Shown here: positions 1 to 12,740 of the stretch, one piece after another
Layout: the number at the start of each line of letters is the position of its first letter
How positions within the stretch are numbered: position 1 is the stretch's first letter
Source of the DNA: Octopus sinensis
Taxonomy: Eukaryota
Reading direction: 5' to 3'
Length of the DNA: 64,000 nt
NCBI RefSeq assembly: GCF_006345805.1
Contig: NC_043006.1
Location: forward strand, 65,224,001-65,288,000
Translations under genes and position numbers: made by a program
The notes under the pieces: model-generated
Told to the model about the DNA's origin: nothing
Seen by the model: only the letters and a program-made list of their open reading frames with translations
Database searches by the model: none

Positions 1-586
1 TTAATTCAAATTCTGGAGTTGATAAAATACTATCAGTTATATATACTGTGATTGATTCAATTAACCATTCCATCCTCCCAGAAATTTGTGGTCTTTTACC
101 TATGCTGGAAACCATCTATGTTGTTCGTGTTGTTAACACAATCATGTGACCCAAAACCCAGTTTTTCAGTCTTGTCTTAGGTCCTCACTCTTGTGAAATT
201 AATAAACTTTGTCCATTCCCTCCAAACTTCCTCTACTTGGGGCTCATACAAGTAAAACATTTCTGTGTGAGTGATGTCTTTATACATATAATGAGATGAA
301 ATCATTGTTGCATTTTCAACTCCAGTGCTGTTGTGTTTTGTCTGGGCAAAACCCTTTGAACCCTTATTACCTCAGTTTACATTTTGCTGTCTCTTGAAAT
401 AGGTACAAGATCTCTTGGGTATGTTGCCTATGAAAGATTGGTCTCTATTGAATGTTAATGTCTTGTGTTTTGTGTTTAATACTACAAAACCACAGCTTAA
501 CAACTGACTCTTAAAAGACCATCATCATCACCATTTAACATCTGTTTTTCATGCTGGCATGAGTTGGATGGTTCGACCCAAGACAG

Positions 587-812
587 GTAGCTGGTAGAAA
601 CGTTAGCACGTGGGCGAAATGCTCAGCAGTATTTCATCTGTCTTTACGTTCTGAGTTCAAATTCCGCCGAGGTCGACTTTGCCTTTCATCCTTTCGGGGT
701 CGATAAATTAAGTACCAGTTACGCACTGGGGTCGATGTAATCGACTTAATACCTATGTCTGTCCTTGTTTGTCCACTCTATGTTTAGCCCCTTGTGGGTA
801 ATAAAGAAATAG
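587..812 (+). mobile_element. tRNA-derived SINE family A (representative copy)
   Basis: A-box-like TGGTAGAAACGTTAG and B-box GAGTTCAAATTCC head, followed by a conserved body. Further copies at about 2110-2338(-), 2606-2830, 2846-3040, 10430-10682(-), 28830-29030(-), 32860-33240, 34190-34400(-), 46855-47065(-) and 49653-49857. Confidence 0.85.
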
Positions 813-2543
813 GTTCGACAGGAGCCAGTACACCAGTAGATTGCAGCATGCTCCAATGTTTGCTTTTGGCATGGAAGAGCATCCAGCTGTGTTCTACAGC
901 TTGATGCCTTTCCTAATGTCATTATATTTAAGCATATCAAGGTATATCACTATGGGCAGGGGTCGGGGTCCAGTTTGAAAGTCTCCTCCTATTTTTGTTC
1001 TTGTCCTTAGTAAACTAAACATAACGATAGTTAATGGACCAAATCATTAGAGCATCAATCAATGCTTTGTGATATTTGTTTTGGGTTTTTACATTCTAAG
1101 TTCAAATCCTGGTGAGGGCAATTTTGTCTTTCATCCTGCTGGGGTCAGTAAAACAAAATGCAAGTCATGTACTGGGGTCAAATTAACTGACTTAATCTCC
1201 AGCTCCTGAATTAGAAATCATTATGTAGCAAAAGATAAGACAGTGACTTGGTAGAATTATTTATGTCAGTGAACAAGCTTTGTGGTTTTTGTTTCATCTC
1301 TATATTCTGAGTTCAAATCCTGCCACGGTCAGCTTTTCCTGTTATCCTTCCAGGACAAAAAAATAAAGTGCTACTCAAGTATTGGAGTTGATTTAATTGT
1401 CTAACACCTGCCCTTACATTGCTGGCCTTATCTCTCAATTCTAGAAATTGAGAGATAAAATATTTATCTTGGTTTGTTTATGTCCCTGTAACTAAGCAGT
1501 TCAGCAAAATAGACTAATAGAATAAGTACCAGAATTAATAGAAAGAAAAACACAAAGTACTGGTCAATTTCTTTGACTAAAACTCTTGAAGACAGTGTCC
1601 CTGCATGGCCAGTGACTGCAACAAATAAAAGATAAGGGATGGTGTTGATTTGTTCCCCTAAAATCTTTCAAATCAGTGCCCCAGTATGGCCACAGTCCAA
1701 CGATTTGGACAGAATCAAAGATAAAAGATGAGGTTTTCTTCAACTAAAACCCTTTGAGGTGGTGCCCCAGTATCGCCACAGTCCAATAACTAAAACAAGT
1801 AAATGATAAAAGATTCATCCACCACCCCCCACTTGATAATTATTTGCCCCACCTTTTCTATTTCATAATCAAAGGTATCCATCAATGGGCCACCAGTGAA
1901 ACACTGGGCTTAATATAACTGACTCATCCCCTACCCCAAAATGGCTGCCCTTTTGGCAAGATTTGAAACCATTATTTTATCATTATTTTAATGTCCATGT
2001 TTCCATGCTTACGTGGACCAGAAGGAGTTTATTGACAGATTTTCTACAGCTGGATGCCCTTCCTGTCACCAGCCCTTACCTGCTTCTAAACAAGGCAATA
2101 TTTCCTTATTTCTTTATTGTCCACAAGAAGCTAAACATAGAGGGGTCAAACAAGGACAGACAAAGGGGTTAAGTCGATTACATCAACTCCAGTGCATAAC
2201 TGGTACTTAATTTATCAACCCCAAAAGGATGAAAGGCAAAATCGACCTCAGCAGAATTTAAACTCAGAACATAGCGGCAGACGAAATACCGCTAAGCATT
2301 TCTCTCAGCATGCTAATGTTTCTACCAGCTCGCCGCCTTGCAGAACATTTGAAATGAATGACCCTGCTTGTATGACAGTGACAATTATTCTTTTCTACAC
2401 TAGGTACAAGACCCGAAATTTGAGGAAAGGGGCCAGTTGATTAGATTGACTCCAGTATGCAATTGGTACTCAATTTATCGACCCCAAAAGGATGAAAGGC
2501 AAAATCATGGTAATATTTGCAGTATTGGAGGTGGCGATGGCAA

Positions 2544-2577
<34 letters not shown>

Positions 2578-3058
2578 GGTCTTATTATTATTATTGTTAT
2601 TATTATTAAGGCGGCAAGCTAGCAGAATCGTTAGCTTGTCGGGCAAAATGCTTAACGACATTTCATTTGTCTTAAAGATGTTTTGAGTTCAAATTCCACC
2701 AAGGTTGATTTTGCCTTTCATCCTTTCAGGGTCGATAAACTAAGCACCAGTTGAGTACCGGGGTCAATGTAATCAACCAGTCTCCTCCCCTAAATTTTCA
2801 GGCCCTGTGCCTATAGTGGAAAGGATCATCATTATTATTATTATTAAGGCAGTGAACTAGCAGAATTGTCAGCACACTGTGCAAAATGCTTAGCGGCATT
2901 TCGTCCATCTTCACATTCTGAGTTCAAATTCTGCTGAGGTCGACTTCGTTTTTCATCCTTTCAGGGTCAATAAAATAAATACCAGTCAAGTACGGGAGTC
3001 AATGTAATCAACTGTTCCCCTCCTCCAGATTTCAGATTATTATTATTATTATTATTAT

Positions 3059-3123
<65 letters not shown>

Positions 3124-5244
3124 ATGAGTGCTTTGGTGAAAGTCCACAGCTATTTTTTTTTTTATTTTAGTCCCAGTTAGAGATGTTTACTGTTTAAAAT
3201 CCTTATAGTTTTTCTGTGATAAACTAATAATAACCATAAAACCATAGTCTTTTATTCAAAAAAAATTTTCAACAATATTACATCACATTTCTTGATAATT
3301 TTTGTTAAAATCTCTTGAGATTATTTTTTTTTTTTTCTGGTATCTTTTACTTTTTCATATTTTGTAATTTATTTATTTTGTCATTATTTTTATGAATCAA
3401 ATACAAATACTAACTTGGTGCCTGCAATATGAAAGGGTTCCAGATAAAGAACCATACTGCATTGCCTGTTGCATGTGTGAACAAGGGATCTGTTCAGATC
3501 TTAGGTAGAGGAGTCCGTTTGAAAAATATATTGTAGTCTCCACCCAATGCCAGTACAACCAGCAATAATCCTGTAACTTGTTCTGGGAGGTGTAGGAACG
3601 GGAAAATAAAGGATGCATGTCCCAGGACCCCAAAGTTGGTCCAATGAAGGGGCAACCATTAAAGATTGAGTAGGAAAATTTAATGATGGTTGCTTTTGAT
3701 AGGACCCTGTGAAGGAGGTACCTGAGGATTCTGCTCTCATGAGATTAGTGGACGGATAAGATGGATGAATGAATAGATTTATGATTGTTACACATTTTTT
3801 CTTCTGTATTCAAGGAAAAAAATATTCGATGCATTTAAATCATGACCCACCATCTCGACTGAGTAGGGGGCTTAAAATCATAGAATTAATTATATAGTTT
3901 GTTATGGTGGGAAATTTCTTAGTGAATCAAATCCATGGCTTTGTGTGTGTGTGTCATAACCACTTGAGAACCAGTGTTGGTTGGCACCCATGCTGGTGGC
4001 ATGTAAAGAGCACCATTCAAGTGTAGCCGATGCCAGTGCCGGTGGCACGTAAAAAGCACCATTCAAGTGTAGTCGATGCCAGTGCTTCCTAACTGGCCCC
4101 CGTGCCGGTGGCACATAAAAGGCTCCTACCCTACTCTCAGAGTGGTTGGCATTAAAAAGGGCATCCAGCTGAAGAAACCGTGCCAGATCAGATTGGAGCC
4201 TGCAGCAGCCTCCTGACTTTCCAGTCCTCAGTCAAACCGTCCAACCCATGCCAGCATGGAAAGCGAACATTAAACGATGATGTTGTTGTTGATGATGATG
4301 AGGATGATGATGATGATGATGATGCAGTATTAGGTTGAACAAAAAATGTAGCACTGACACAAATAAAATAGAAAAAGATATTTCACTCCTGTGTTGGAAT
4401 TTCTTCTTCGACTGAGTTCTCTCTTTTTAGGGATTCACTGAGACACAGCTTTTAAATCCACCTATTACTAAAGTCTTACATACATCAGAGGGATAAATTT
4501 ACTTATTATTGATTATTCTTAGTTGCGATGCAGTTTGCAAGACTATGAACCCCAAGAAGGGCAACTTTATGTCAGAAGATGTGGAATGGAGAGAGAGAAA
4601 AAGTGGGAGTAGATCAGAATAAGTTTCTTGCTGTACTGGGTCTACAAAGACTGTTCATATTTTAGAAGAGAGAATGAGAAGTGTTTGGGTTGAGCAGGAG
4701 AGTAAGTAATAATAGTGGTAATGAGGTATTAGGAGATACCTTCAAAATAGGAGGAGGGTAGAAATGAGTAGAGGAGTAGGGGATGTCTGATAGTGGGAGG
4801 CAGCAGAATAACAATGATGATAATGCAAAGGAAAACATGGGTAAAATTTATTTATTTTTGTTTGGTGGGGTGGGGGAAGAATTTTTTTGCAATTTTTATA
4901 TATTTTCTTTATATATTTTTCATTTCACTCAAGTTTTTTTTTTTTATTTTCTGTTGCACTTTAAAAACTACATGCATTTATGCAACATAATTTATGTGCA
5001 TAACATTTGTTTCACTTGAAGCATATTACTAGTGCAGCATCTGACATTACACCGGTATTTGCATAATTCGAAATACCGAAACAATGTGTTCATTGCCCAA
5101 GGTTCCTGGGTTCAAATTTCTGTGATCATCTCCATTTTCTTTTTTTTTTTTTTTCACTGAAATCATTTTGTTCTGTGTGCAAATAAAGCAGATTTAACAC
5201 TACAAATTTCAACAGACAAAAAAAAAACATCTTTTATTCTACAG

Positions 5245-5717
5245 CAGTGGTCCTCAACCTGGGTCCATATGACCCTTAAGGGTCTATGTAAGATTTTGTT
5301 GTTAAAATCTAAGTGCAATAAATTGGAAATACTTCTACAATACACAAAATCCTTTAACAATATTTTTACACAATTCCTAATTATAATTGAAAAATAGGAT
5401 AAAATCTTTATAAGAATTTATCAAGTAGTTAGCATGAAAAACCTCATAAGGGAAAAAGCCATCAATTATTCCTCTTAAATATATTTACTTATATTAAGGG
5501 CATTACTATACATAAATGCCTCATGCTAGGAGGGACTCTAAAAGTCAAAACTACCATAATAAATAAACCTAATTATATTTAGCCAAAAATACAATTCCTA
5601 ATTATATTTAGTCAAAAATATAAAGAATTTTTTTAAACTTCAAATAGCTACAGGGGTCCAGTAGAATAAAATAGGAACCAAAGGGGCCCATAAATAAAAG
5701 AGGGTCAAGGACCGTTG
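5245..5717 (+). mobile_element. hAT (Charlie-like) non-autonomous element
   Basis: Termini CAGTGGTCCTCAACC...GGTCAAGGACCGTTG, with 8-bp flanks TTCTACAG and TTCTGTAG (degenerate TSD). Confidence 0.7.
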
Positions 5718-5839
5718 TTCTGTAGCACACATCTACTAAACTGATTGTTCAATGTGAATGGTTTGTATTTTTTCCAACATAAGTCTGTATTGACGCTTGT
5801 TTTTCATGGTCTTTGGTATAAACAAGGCCATACCATTAA

Positions 5840-6042
5840 CCCATTAGCACTTAAACCAGCCACATTAAGCCAAAATATTCTACCTGTTTCATGTTTAAAC
5901 TGGCCAGATCTGACCTCTCAGACCTACCCTACAATGTCATTCTAAGAATAATCAGGATAATGCATGATAAAGCATGATTAATTTAAAACAATGAAGAACA
6001 AATAAGCATTACATTTGACAGAGTAATCTGAATGCTAAAAGG
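5840..6042 (+). mobile_element. piggyBac-like MITE family 1
   Basis: TTAA|CCCATTAGC...GCTAAAAGG|TCAA. A reverse-oriented copy at 49460-49898 carries a nested SINE. Confidence 0.65.
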
Positions 6043-6470
6043 TCAATTGTCATTAATTTTTTTCTATATATGTGTGTGCATATACACACACACACGTTTT
6101 ATGATTTTATAGTTGCTTTGTTTTTCACTATATTCCACATCTTGATGTTATAATGGTTTTCTCAAAACTTTTCAAGAACGTTCTGTGTATGAAAATTTTA
6201 TTTTGAAAAACCCTGGATATCAAATGGTTTATGGACCACTGAGATTGCTGTGTTAAATCAAATGGTTTATTTAATTACTTTATTATTATTGTTATTTTCA
6301 TTATTACCCCTGTCCTTTTGTGATACAATACTAACTCTATTAATAACCCCCACTTCTCTCCTAGAAACTTTGTAACTTAATGTCATTCTTTTTTGTGTGT
6401 GTGTGTGTGTGTGTGTTTTGGGGTGGTTATATGAAACTTTTCTTTTAAAATAAATAATTAAATATATTAA

Positions 6471-6671
6471 CCCTTTCGTTACCAACCTGGCTGAAACCAC
6501 CTCTGGCTCTGAGTACAAATGTCTTGTTTTCATAAGTTCTGAATTAAAATCTTCCACCAAACCTTAATCACAATTTATGTTCCTAACACTAGCTTAATGA
6601 TAATTAAGTTATTTTACTAAATTCTTTGTTATATTTAAAGTAATTGAAAGAAACACACAGTAATGAAAGGG
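6471..6671 (+). mobile_element. piggyBac-like MITE family 2
   Basis: TTAA|CCCTTTC...GAAAGGG|TTAA. Reverse-oriented copies at 21354-21576 and (partial) about 21240-21326. Confidence 0.8.
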
Positions 6672-7102
6672 TTAATTGTGAATGTTAATGCAGCAAGCTA
6701 CAGTGAGTTGAAACCAGGTCACAGTATTGGTTGGCAGGAAGCTATGTTTGAGATCCACAGTTCACTGACATCCCTAATAATTTTTTCACTTGTGTTGGTA
6801 TTGTGTGTTCACTGTTAAGGACCTGAATGTCATGAAACCATGGGTTGATACTTTTTTCTTGTATCTGAAACATGGGGAGAAAGGGTGAAAAAAAAATGAT
6901 AGCATCCATTAACCCTATAAGATTCCTAAATGCAGATGAGGGAGTTTTGGCCAAGGATGAAGCAACAGGGACAGGGGAGGATTAACAGATATTATTATCA
7001 GGAATAGAGCAATAATAAGGGAATCCAAAGACCCAGTCTTTGTGAATGCGGCAATCATATAACTGTCTCAGTAACATATACCAAGATCGTATACAGGGTG
7101 AT

Positions 7103-7420
7103 GCAATGTATATTTATTTAATTTTCAATGTGTATTGTATATATATAAATATATCTATGTATGTATATGTGTGTGTGTGTATGTATATATATATGTGTGT
7201 GTGTGTGTATGTGCATGTATATATGTGTGTATATATATATGTGTGTGTGTTTATGTATATATATATATGTATGTATATGTGTGTGTGTATGTATGTATAT
7301 ATGTATGTGTGTATGTATGTATATATGTGTATATATATATGTGTGTGCATATATACATATATACACACATACACACACACATACATAGGCATATATATAC
7401 AATATACATTGAATATTAAA
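7103..7420. repeat. Compound (TA/TG/CA) microsatellite
   Basis: Direct inspection. Similar arrays at 15650-15750, 16965-17050, 35860-36020, 41325-41732, 52105-52172, 53250-53315 and 54219-54415. Confidence 0.98.
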
Positions 7421-8841
7421 TATATATACTTATATAATGTATATTCAATTAATGTACTCTTCTCTAACCTGGTGTCATCACTGTGAAAAATTATAATGCT
7501 TTAGTTTCTAATTATCCCCATTTAAGCTCTTATCAAACTTATGACGAAAAGTGTTTCTGACACGACCATCCTGTCTTGTTCTTAAAAATATTAAATCTCG
7601 GACCATTCTGACTTTTATTCAGAAATCGTGTCTCTAGGATGATTCTGTCTCAGGTTTTTATTTTTATTTTTCCATTTATCGTGTTTCAGACTACGTTATC
7701 CATTTTGTCCTTCATTTTTTTTTTAATATGCTAAGGAATTGAAGGAGATTTATCCCCTATTTCTTGTGGATTGTTGTTTAGCCCCCACCTGATCAAAAGC
7801 TTCCAGCCTTGTCCATTTTTGTATGTTTTTGGTTACATATTCTATGTGCTGCTTCCTTTTTTTTTTAATATAATATAGTATAATTTGAGTGAGATTTGTT
7901 TTTTTTTATCTCTAGCACATTACCTGACCACTTAGAGGTTCCCTTATTAGGTCAGCAGATTGGTAGAATTGGTAGCTTCTTCAAATTACACTTCTTAGAG
8001 TATTGAATTTTGTTCTTCTGGTCAACTTCACTCTTCCTTGCTTCTATGGTAACTCAGCCAAATACCTGTAATATACTGGGTTTTGCTCAATCGACTGTAT
8101 CTAGCCTTTCTTACAAACTCCTGGCTCAGTGCTATGTTAAAGGGTATCTTTATTGTACACTGTATCCAGTAAGTGGGTGATTAAGAAAGCTCTTCATCTG
8201 CCAACATCAAACATTTGGGTTTCAATTCTCACTTGGAACACATTCACTTTCTGTACATTTCCAATGTCATTGACAAAGTATGACTGTCTCAGTTTTCCAT
8301 TTTTCTCTTCACCTACTATTCTCTAAAACAAAAGACAAGCTCAGGCATTGTGCCCATATAATATTCCAATATATATTTGAATTGTTGTAATATGATAATA
8401 TTTATGTTGATATTGATAATAATAATATTGATTTCTTTTAACAATGAGAATGACATTTTTATATGAACTAAAGTCAAAAAATATATTTTTTAATAAAAAT
8501 CATTGTGTTTACATTTGTTCAATATGAATATTGTTTTTATACACTTTTTTGTTGTGTTGAAACAAATTATCTAATTAGTAATAAAATAAATGATCTAATT
8601 AGTAAATAAAATATAAACAAAATGTACTTTAAAAAATTTCAAAATCAAAAACTAATTATTATCTATATAAAAATAAAATGAAAAATGATTTTAAAAAATA
8701 ACACAAAATAATAGAAGTGAAAGAAATATTATTGTGAAATAAAATTTTAACCTGCAAAAAAAAATTATTTTGGATTTTGTTGTTACTGGGAATGAAGAAT
8801 TGTTGTTGTTTAGATTTGGGTGAACCCTTACAGAACTGCTT

Positions 8842-9630
8842 TGTGATTCATGTGAGTCCTTGCTTAAGACTTATGATTCAAGTGAGTTCTTACTTAACTG
8901 ATATATGATTCAGTTGAATCCTTGCTTAAGACTTATGTTTCAGATGAGACCTTACTTAATAAACTTATGATTCAGGTGAGTCCTTACTTAATAGATCTAT
9001 TATTCAGTTGTATCCTTGCTTAAGATTTATGACTCAGGTGAGTCTTGATGTTATAGACCTATGATTCAAGTGAGTCATTACTTAAGATTTATGATTCAGG
9101 TGAGTCCTGATGTAACAAGAGACCTATGATTCGTGTGAGTCATTACTTAACAGATATATTCAGTTGAGTCCTTGCATGAGACTTATGATTCAAGTGAGTC
9201 CTTACATAAGTTTTATGATTCAGGTGAGTCCTTAATAAACCTATGATTCGGGTGAATCCTTACTAAACCAACATCTGATTCAGGTAATCATCATCATCAT
9301 CATCATCATTTAGCATCCGTTCTCCATGCTAGCATGGGTTGGACGGTTCAACTGGGGTCTGTGAAGCTGGAAGGCTTCATCAGGCCCAGTCAGATCTGGC
9401 AGTGTTTCTACGGCTGGATGCCCTTCCTAACGCCAACCACTCCGTGAGTGTAGTGGGTGCTTTTTACGTGCCACCCGCACAGGTGCCAGACAGAGCTGGC
9501 AAACGGCCATGAACGGATGGTGCTTTTACGTGTCACCGGCACGGGGCCAGGCAGTCCTTACATAACAGACCTATGATTCAGGTGAGTCCATAAGATACCT
9601 TATTGTTCAGGTCATGACCTATGATTAATA
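8842..9630. repeat. 30-32 bp minisatellite (ATGATTCAGGTGAGTCCTTACTTAA..) interrupted by an RTE 3' tail
   Basis: About 15 diverged units at 8842-9290, an RTE-tail insertion at about 9287-9552, then about 2 more units. Confidence 0.9.
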
Positions 9631-12109
9631 TCAATGCAATTCGAGGTATAATTTCTTTTTTTTTTTTACCAGGACTGATGATCAACTGAACTCATGTGGA
9701 ATCTGTTGAAGAGTTAGAGAATAAATTCTAAATCATCATCATCATTTTAACATCCACTTTTCTAAGCTTGCACAGGTTGGATAAATTTTATTAAGAAAGA
9801 TTTTCTATGACTAGATGCCCTTCCTGTCACCAACCTTCGTCTGTTTCCAAACTAGGTAATACTTACCCATGGTCAAACATGTGTTTCATGGAAGACTAGA
9901 AATGAACAGATGTGTTTTTGCAGGATGTTAGAAATGAATGATGTTGCTTGTATGACAGTGAAACTTGGTTACAATTTTCATGTGATGTCAAGACAAGGGG
10001 ACACAAACACACACACACACATACAAACACTCACACACACATATAAATTGCAATAGTGGATCTTGAAACACAAAACTATAAATAATAGCATGAAAATATT
10101 GGGTTCTGTCTTTCTGTCTGTCTGTCTGTCTACCTATCTATCTATCTGTCTCTCTCTCTCTCTCTATCTATCTATCTTTCTATCTTTCACTCTCTCTCTT
10201 TCTCTCTCACTGAATTTCTCTTTCAACAACTTTTCTGCTCCCACTCCTCCTCTTAATATACATTGACAAGAGTTAACTCCCCATTTGGTTCCTCCGCTCA
10301 CAAAAGATGTTGTGACAGACAGACAGACAGACTGAGATCAGCTTCTCTGCTATAACATAAACAAATGTTTAAAGCTGTGTGGGACCAAATCACAGTTTTA
10401 AATAATAATAATAATAATAACCCTTTCTACTATAGGCATAAGGTTTAAAATTTGGGGAAGGGGGTAGTTGATTACATCAACGCCAGTGTTCAACTGGTAC
10501 TTAATTTATCTACCCCAAAAGGAAGACAGACAAAGCTGACTCAGTGTTTCACTGGTACTTAATTTATCAACCCCAAAAGGATGAAAGGCAAAGTTGGTGG
10601 AATTTGAACTCAGAACATAACGACGGGCGAAATACCGCTAAGCATTTCGTCCAGTGTGCTAACGATTCTGCCAGCTCACTGTCTTGCAATGACAATAATA
10701 ATGATAATAATGTGTATGTACATTCGAGCGAGGTCGTTGCCAGTGCTGCTGGACTGGCTCCTGTGCAGGTGGTATGTAATAAACACCATTTGAGCGTGGC
10801 CGTTGCCAGTACCGCCTGACTGGCTCTCATGCTGGTAGCATGTAAAAGCACCCACTACACTCTTGGAGTGGTTGGCGTTAGGAAGGGCATCCAGCTGTAG
10901 AAACTCTGCCAGATCAGATTGGAGCCTGGTGCAGCCATCTGGTTCACCAGTCCTTAGTCAAATCATCCAACCCATGCTAGCATGGAAAGCAGACGCTAAA
11001 CAAAACGATGTATGTATGTATATTTTTATTCACACACATACGATGGGCTTTTTTCAGTTTCTATCTACCAAGTCCACTCACAAGGTTTTGGTCAGCTTGG
11101 GGATTATAACTGAAGACACTTACCCAAAGTTGAATGCAATGGGAGTGAAAACAAAACCATATGGTCAAGAATCATACTTCTGACGACGCAGCCACAACTG
11201 CACCTATCTAGCAGTGGTCTGCCCTTGGGCAGAACCTGTTCATGTGAATCTTCTCCAGGTAGGGGCCATGCCATCCCCACCGCACCCTGCTGCCATTAAG
11301 TTGATTATTAGAACTTCAGCTCCCATGACTAGACTTGGGATGAATATTGGAGTGGTTTCCTTTGCATTCTTCAGACAGGTGGGATTTGAACTCAGAATAT
11401 GGGGAGCCAGAAGATATACCATAAATCATTTCTGCCAATGCACTGATTCTGCTAATCTCCCGCCTACAGAGTAATGTAAAACGAAATGTTTTGGTCAAAA
11501 ACACAATGCACCACCCAATCTGGGAATCGAACCAACCATCTAGCAATCATGAGTGCAACACCCGATCCACTAGGTCACACTCTTCACTCACCTAAAAATA
11601 TATCTATAAAAAAATAAATTTTAAATTTTAAATATAAAATATTTTTAAAATTTTAAATTTTAAATATAAAATATTTAAATATAAAATATAAAATAATAAA
11701 AAGAAATTTTAAATATTTATTAAAAAAAATAAAAAATATAGGTGCAGGCGTGGTTGTGTGGTAAGAAGCTTATTTCCCAATCACATGATTCTGGGATCTA
11801 CTATAGCTTCGAGCTGACCAAAGCCTTGTCAGTGGGTTTGGTAGACAGAAACTGAAAGAGGCCCATAGTATATACATATATATCTATGTGTGTATCTTTG
11901 TGTATGTGTTTTCTCCCCACCCCACCACTTGAAAATCACTGTTGGTGTGTTTACTTAGCAGTTCAGAAAAAGAGACTAATAGAATAAATACCAGGTTTAA
12001 AAAGAAAAATGTCCTGGGGTTAATTTGTTTGACTAATACCCTCAAGGTGGTGCCTCAGCATGGCCACAGTCAAAATGTCTGAAGCAAGATGAGCTTGATA
12101 CTCTGAATG

Positions 12110-12300
12110 CTTATAATGTCATTTCCCACTAAACGTTATCTGATGATGTCATAAGAATGACGAATGACATCATCAGATGAGATTTCCTCATGGAGGAAGT
12201 GTTGGCAGGGAAACAACAAAACAGCATTGTCATCATAAAATGCTGTCATCTTTGTGATGTCATACAGTCTGTCAGTCTGACAGACAACCCAGCCATTTCT
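12110..12300 (+). promoter_or_regulatory. Candidate promoter/proximal regulatory region of the alpha-tubulin gene
   Basis: Non-repeat island just upstream of the candidate ATG exon. It has 8 TGTCA/TGACA pentamers in 12117-12282, three CRE-like TGATGTCA/TGACATCA octamers, and perfect inverted repeats at 12138-12178, 12184-12198 and 12267-12285. Confidence 0.4.
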
Positions 12301-12424
12301 GAAATGAATAACAATGATTTCGCAGACAGAACAAACTTAAATAAAAAGTTTGATTTTTTCGTTGAGTTTCGAAGAGAAGTTTCGAAATAAATTAATTAGC
12401 AGTTTCGATATTTATTAACTCTTG

Positions 12425-12430
12425 ATGACC
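12425..12430 (+). CDS. TUBA: Candidate coding part of alpha-tubulin exon 1 (ATG ACC, phase 0 donor)
   Basis: TAA CTC TTG ATG ACC|GTAAGT gives an in-frame upstream stop and a consensus donor, in the phase needed to join GGA GAA ATT at 17287 (MT-GEIVSINIG). I found no good ATG|GT donor elsewhere upstream. The Kozak context is weak, and the true exon 1 could lie elsewhere or outside the window. Confidence 0.4.
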
Positions 12431-12627
12431 GTAAGTGGTGTTATTTTAGAATCCTACTTTTTACAACATGACTACAAAATAATTAATAATTTCATAGAAT
12501 TCTTTATTTTATCTTATTTTTTTGTCTGTTATCCTTTCCTAGGGTGTAGAAACCATGCCAACCCTGTAGAGCTAGGAACAGTCCTCTGAAACTGTTCAAA
12601 CAATGCTAACATGGAAAATGGATGTTA

Positions 12628-12740
12628 AATGATGATGATGATGATGATGATGATAATGGTGATGATGATTGTGATGGTGATGATGATGATGATTGTGATG
12701 GTGATGATAATGATGATTGTGATGGTGATGATAATGATGA
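12628..12740. repeat. (GAT)n trinucleotide microsatellite
   Basis: Direct inspection. Other trinucleotide runs: (ATT)n 2545-2605, (AGT)n 3074-3124, (CAT)n 14370-14415. Confidence 0.97.

Noticed and set aside
587-680. tRNA genes at A-box/B-box motifs
   Set aside because: These are SINE heads with no cloverleaf or acceptor stem, always followed by the same SINE body.
7046-7486. Long ORFs rich in Y/I/C/V/H/T (also at 41187-41763, 54128-54485, 35776-36146 and elsewhere)
   Set aside because: They are translations of TA/CA/TG microsatellites that lack stop codons; there is no coding signal.
8842-9290. CRISPR-like array
   Set aside because: The units are contiguous diverged repeats without unique spacers, in eukaryotic context with no cas genes.
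11591-11740. ~150-bp almost pure A/T tract
   Set aside because: Low complexity with no consistent unit; possibly a degraded microsatellite or low-quality consensus.
12140-12180. Hammerhead-like CTGATGA-T-GTCAT-AAGA-ATGAC-GAAT
   Set aside because: There is an extra base before stem II, GAAT instead of GAAA, and no stems I/III with an NUH site. The competing 15-bp inverted repeat explains it.
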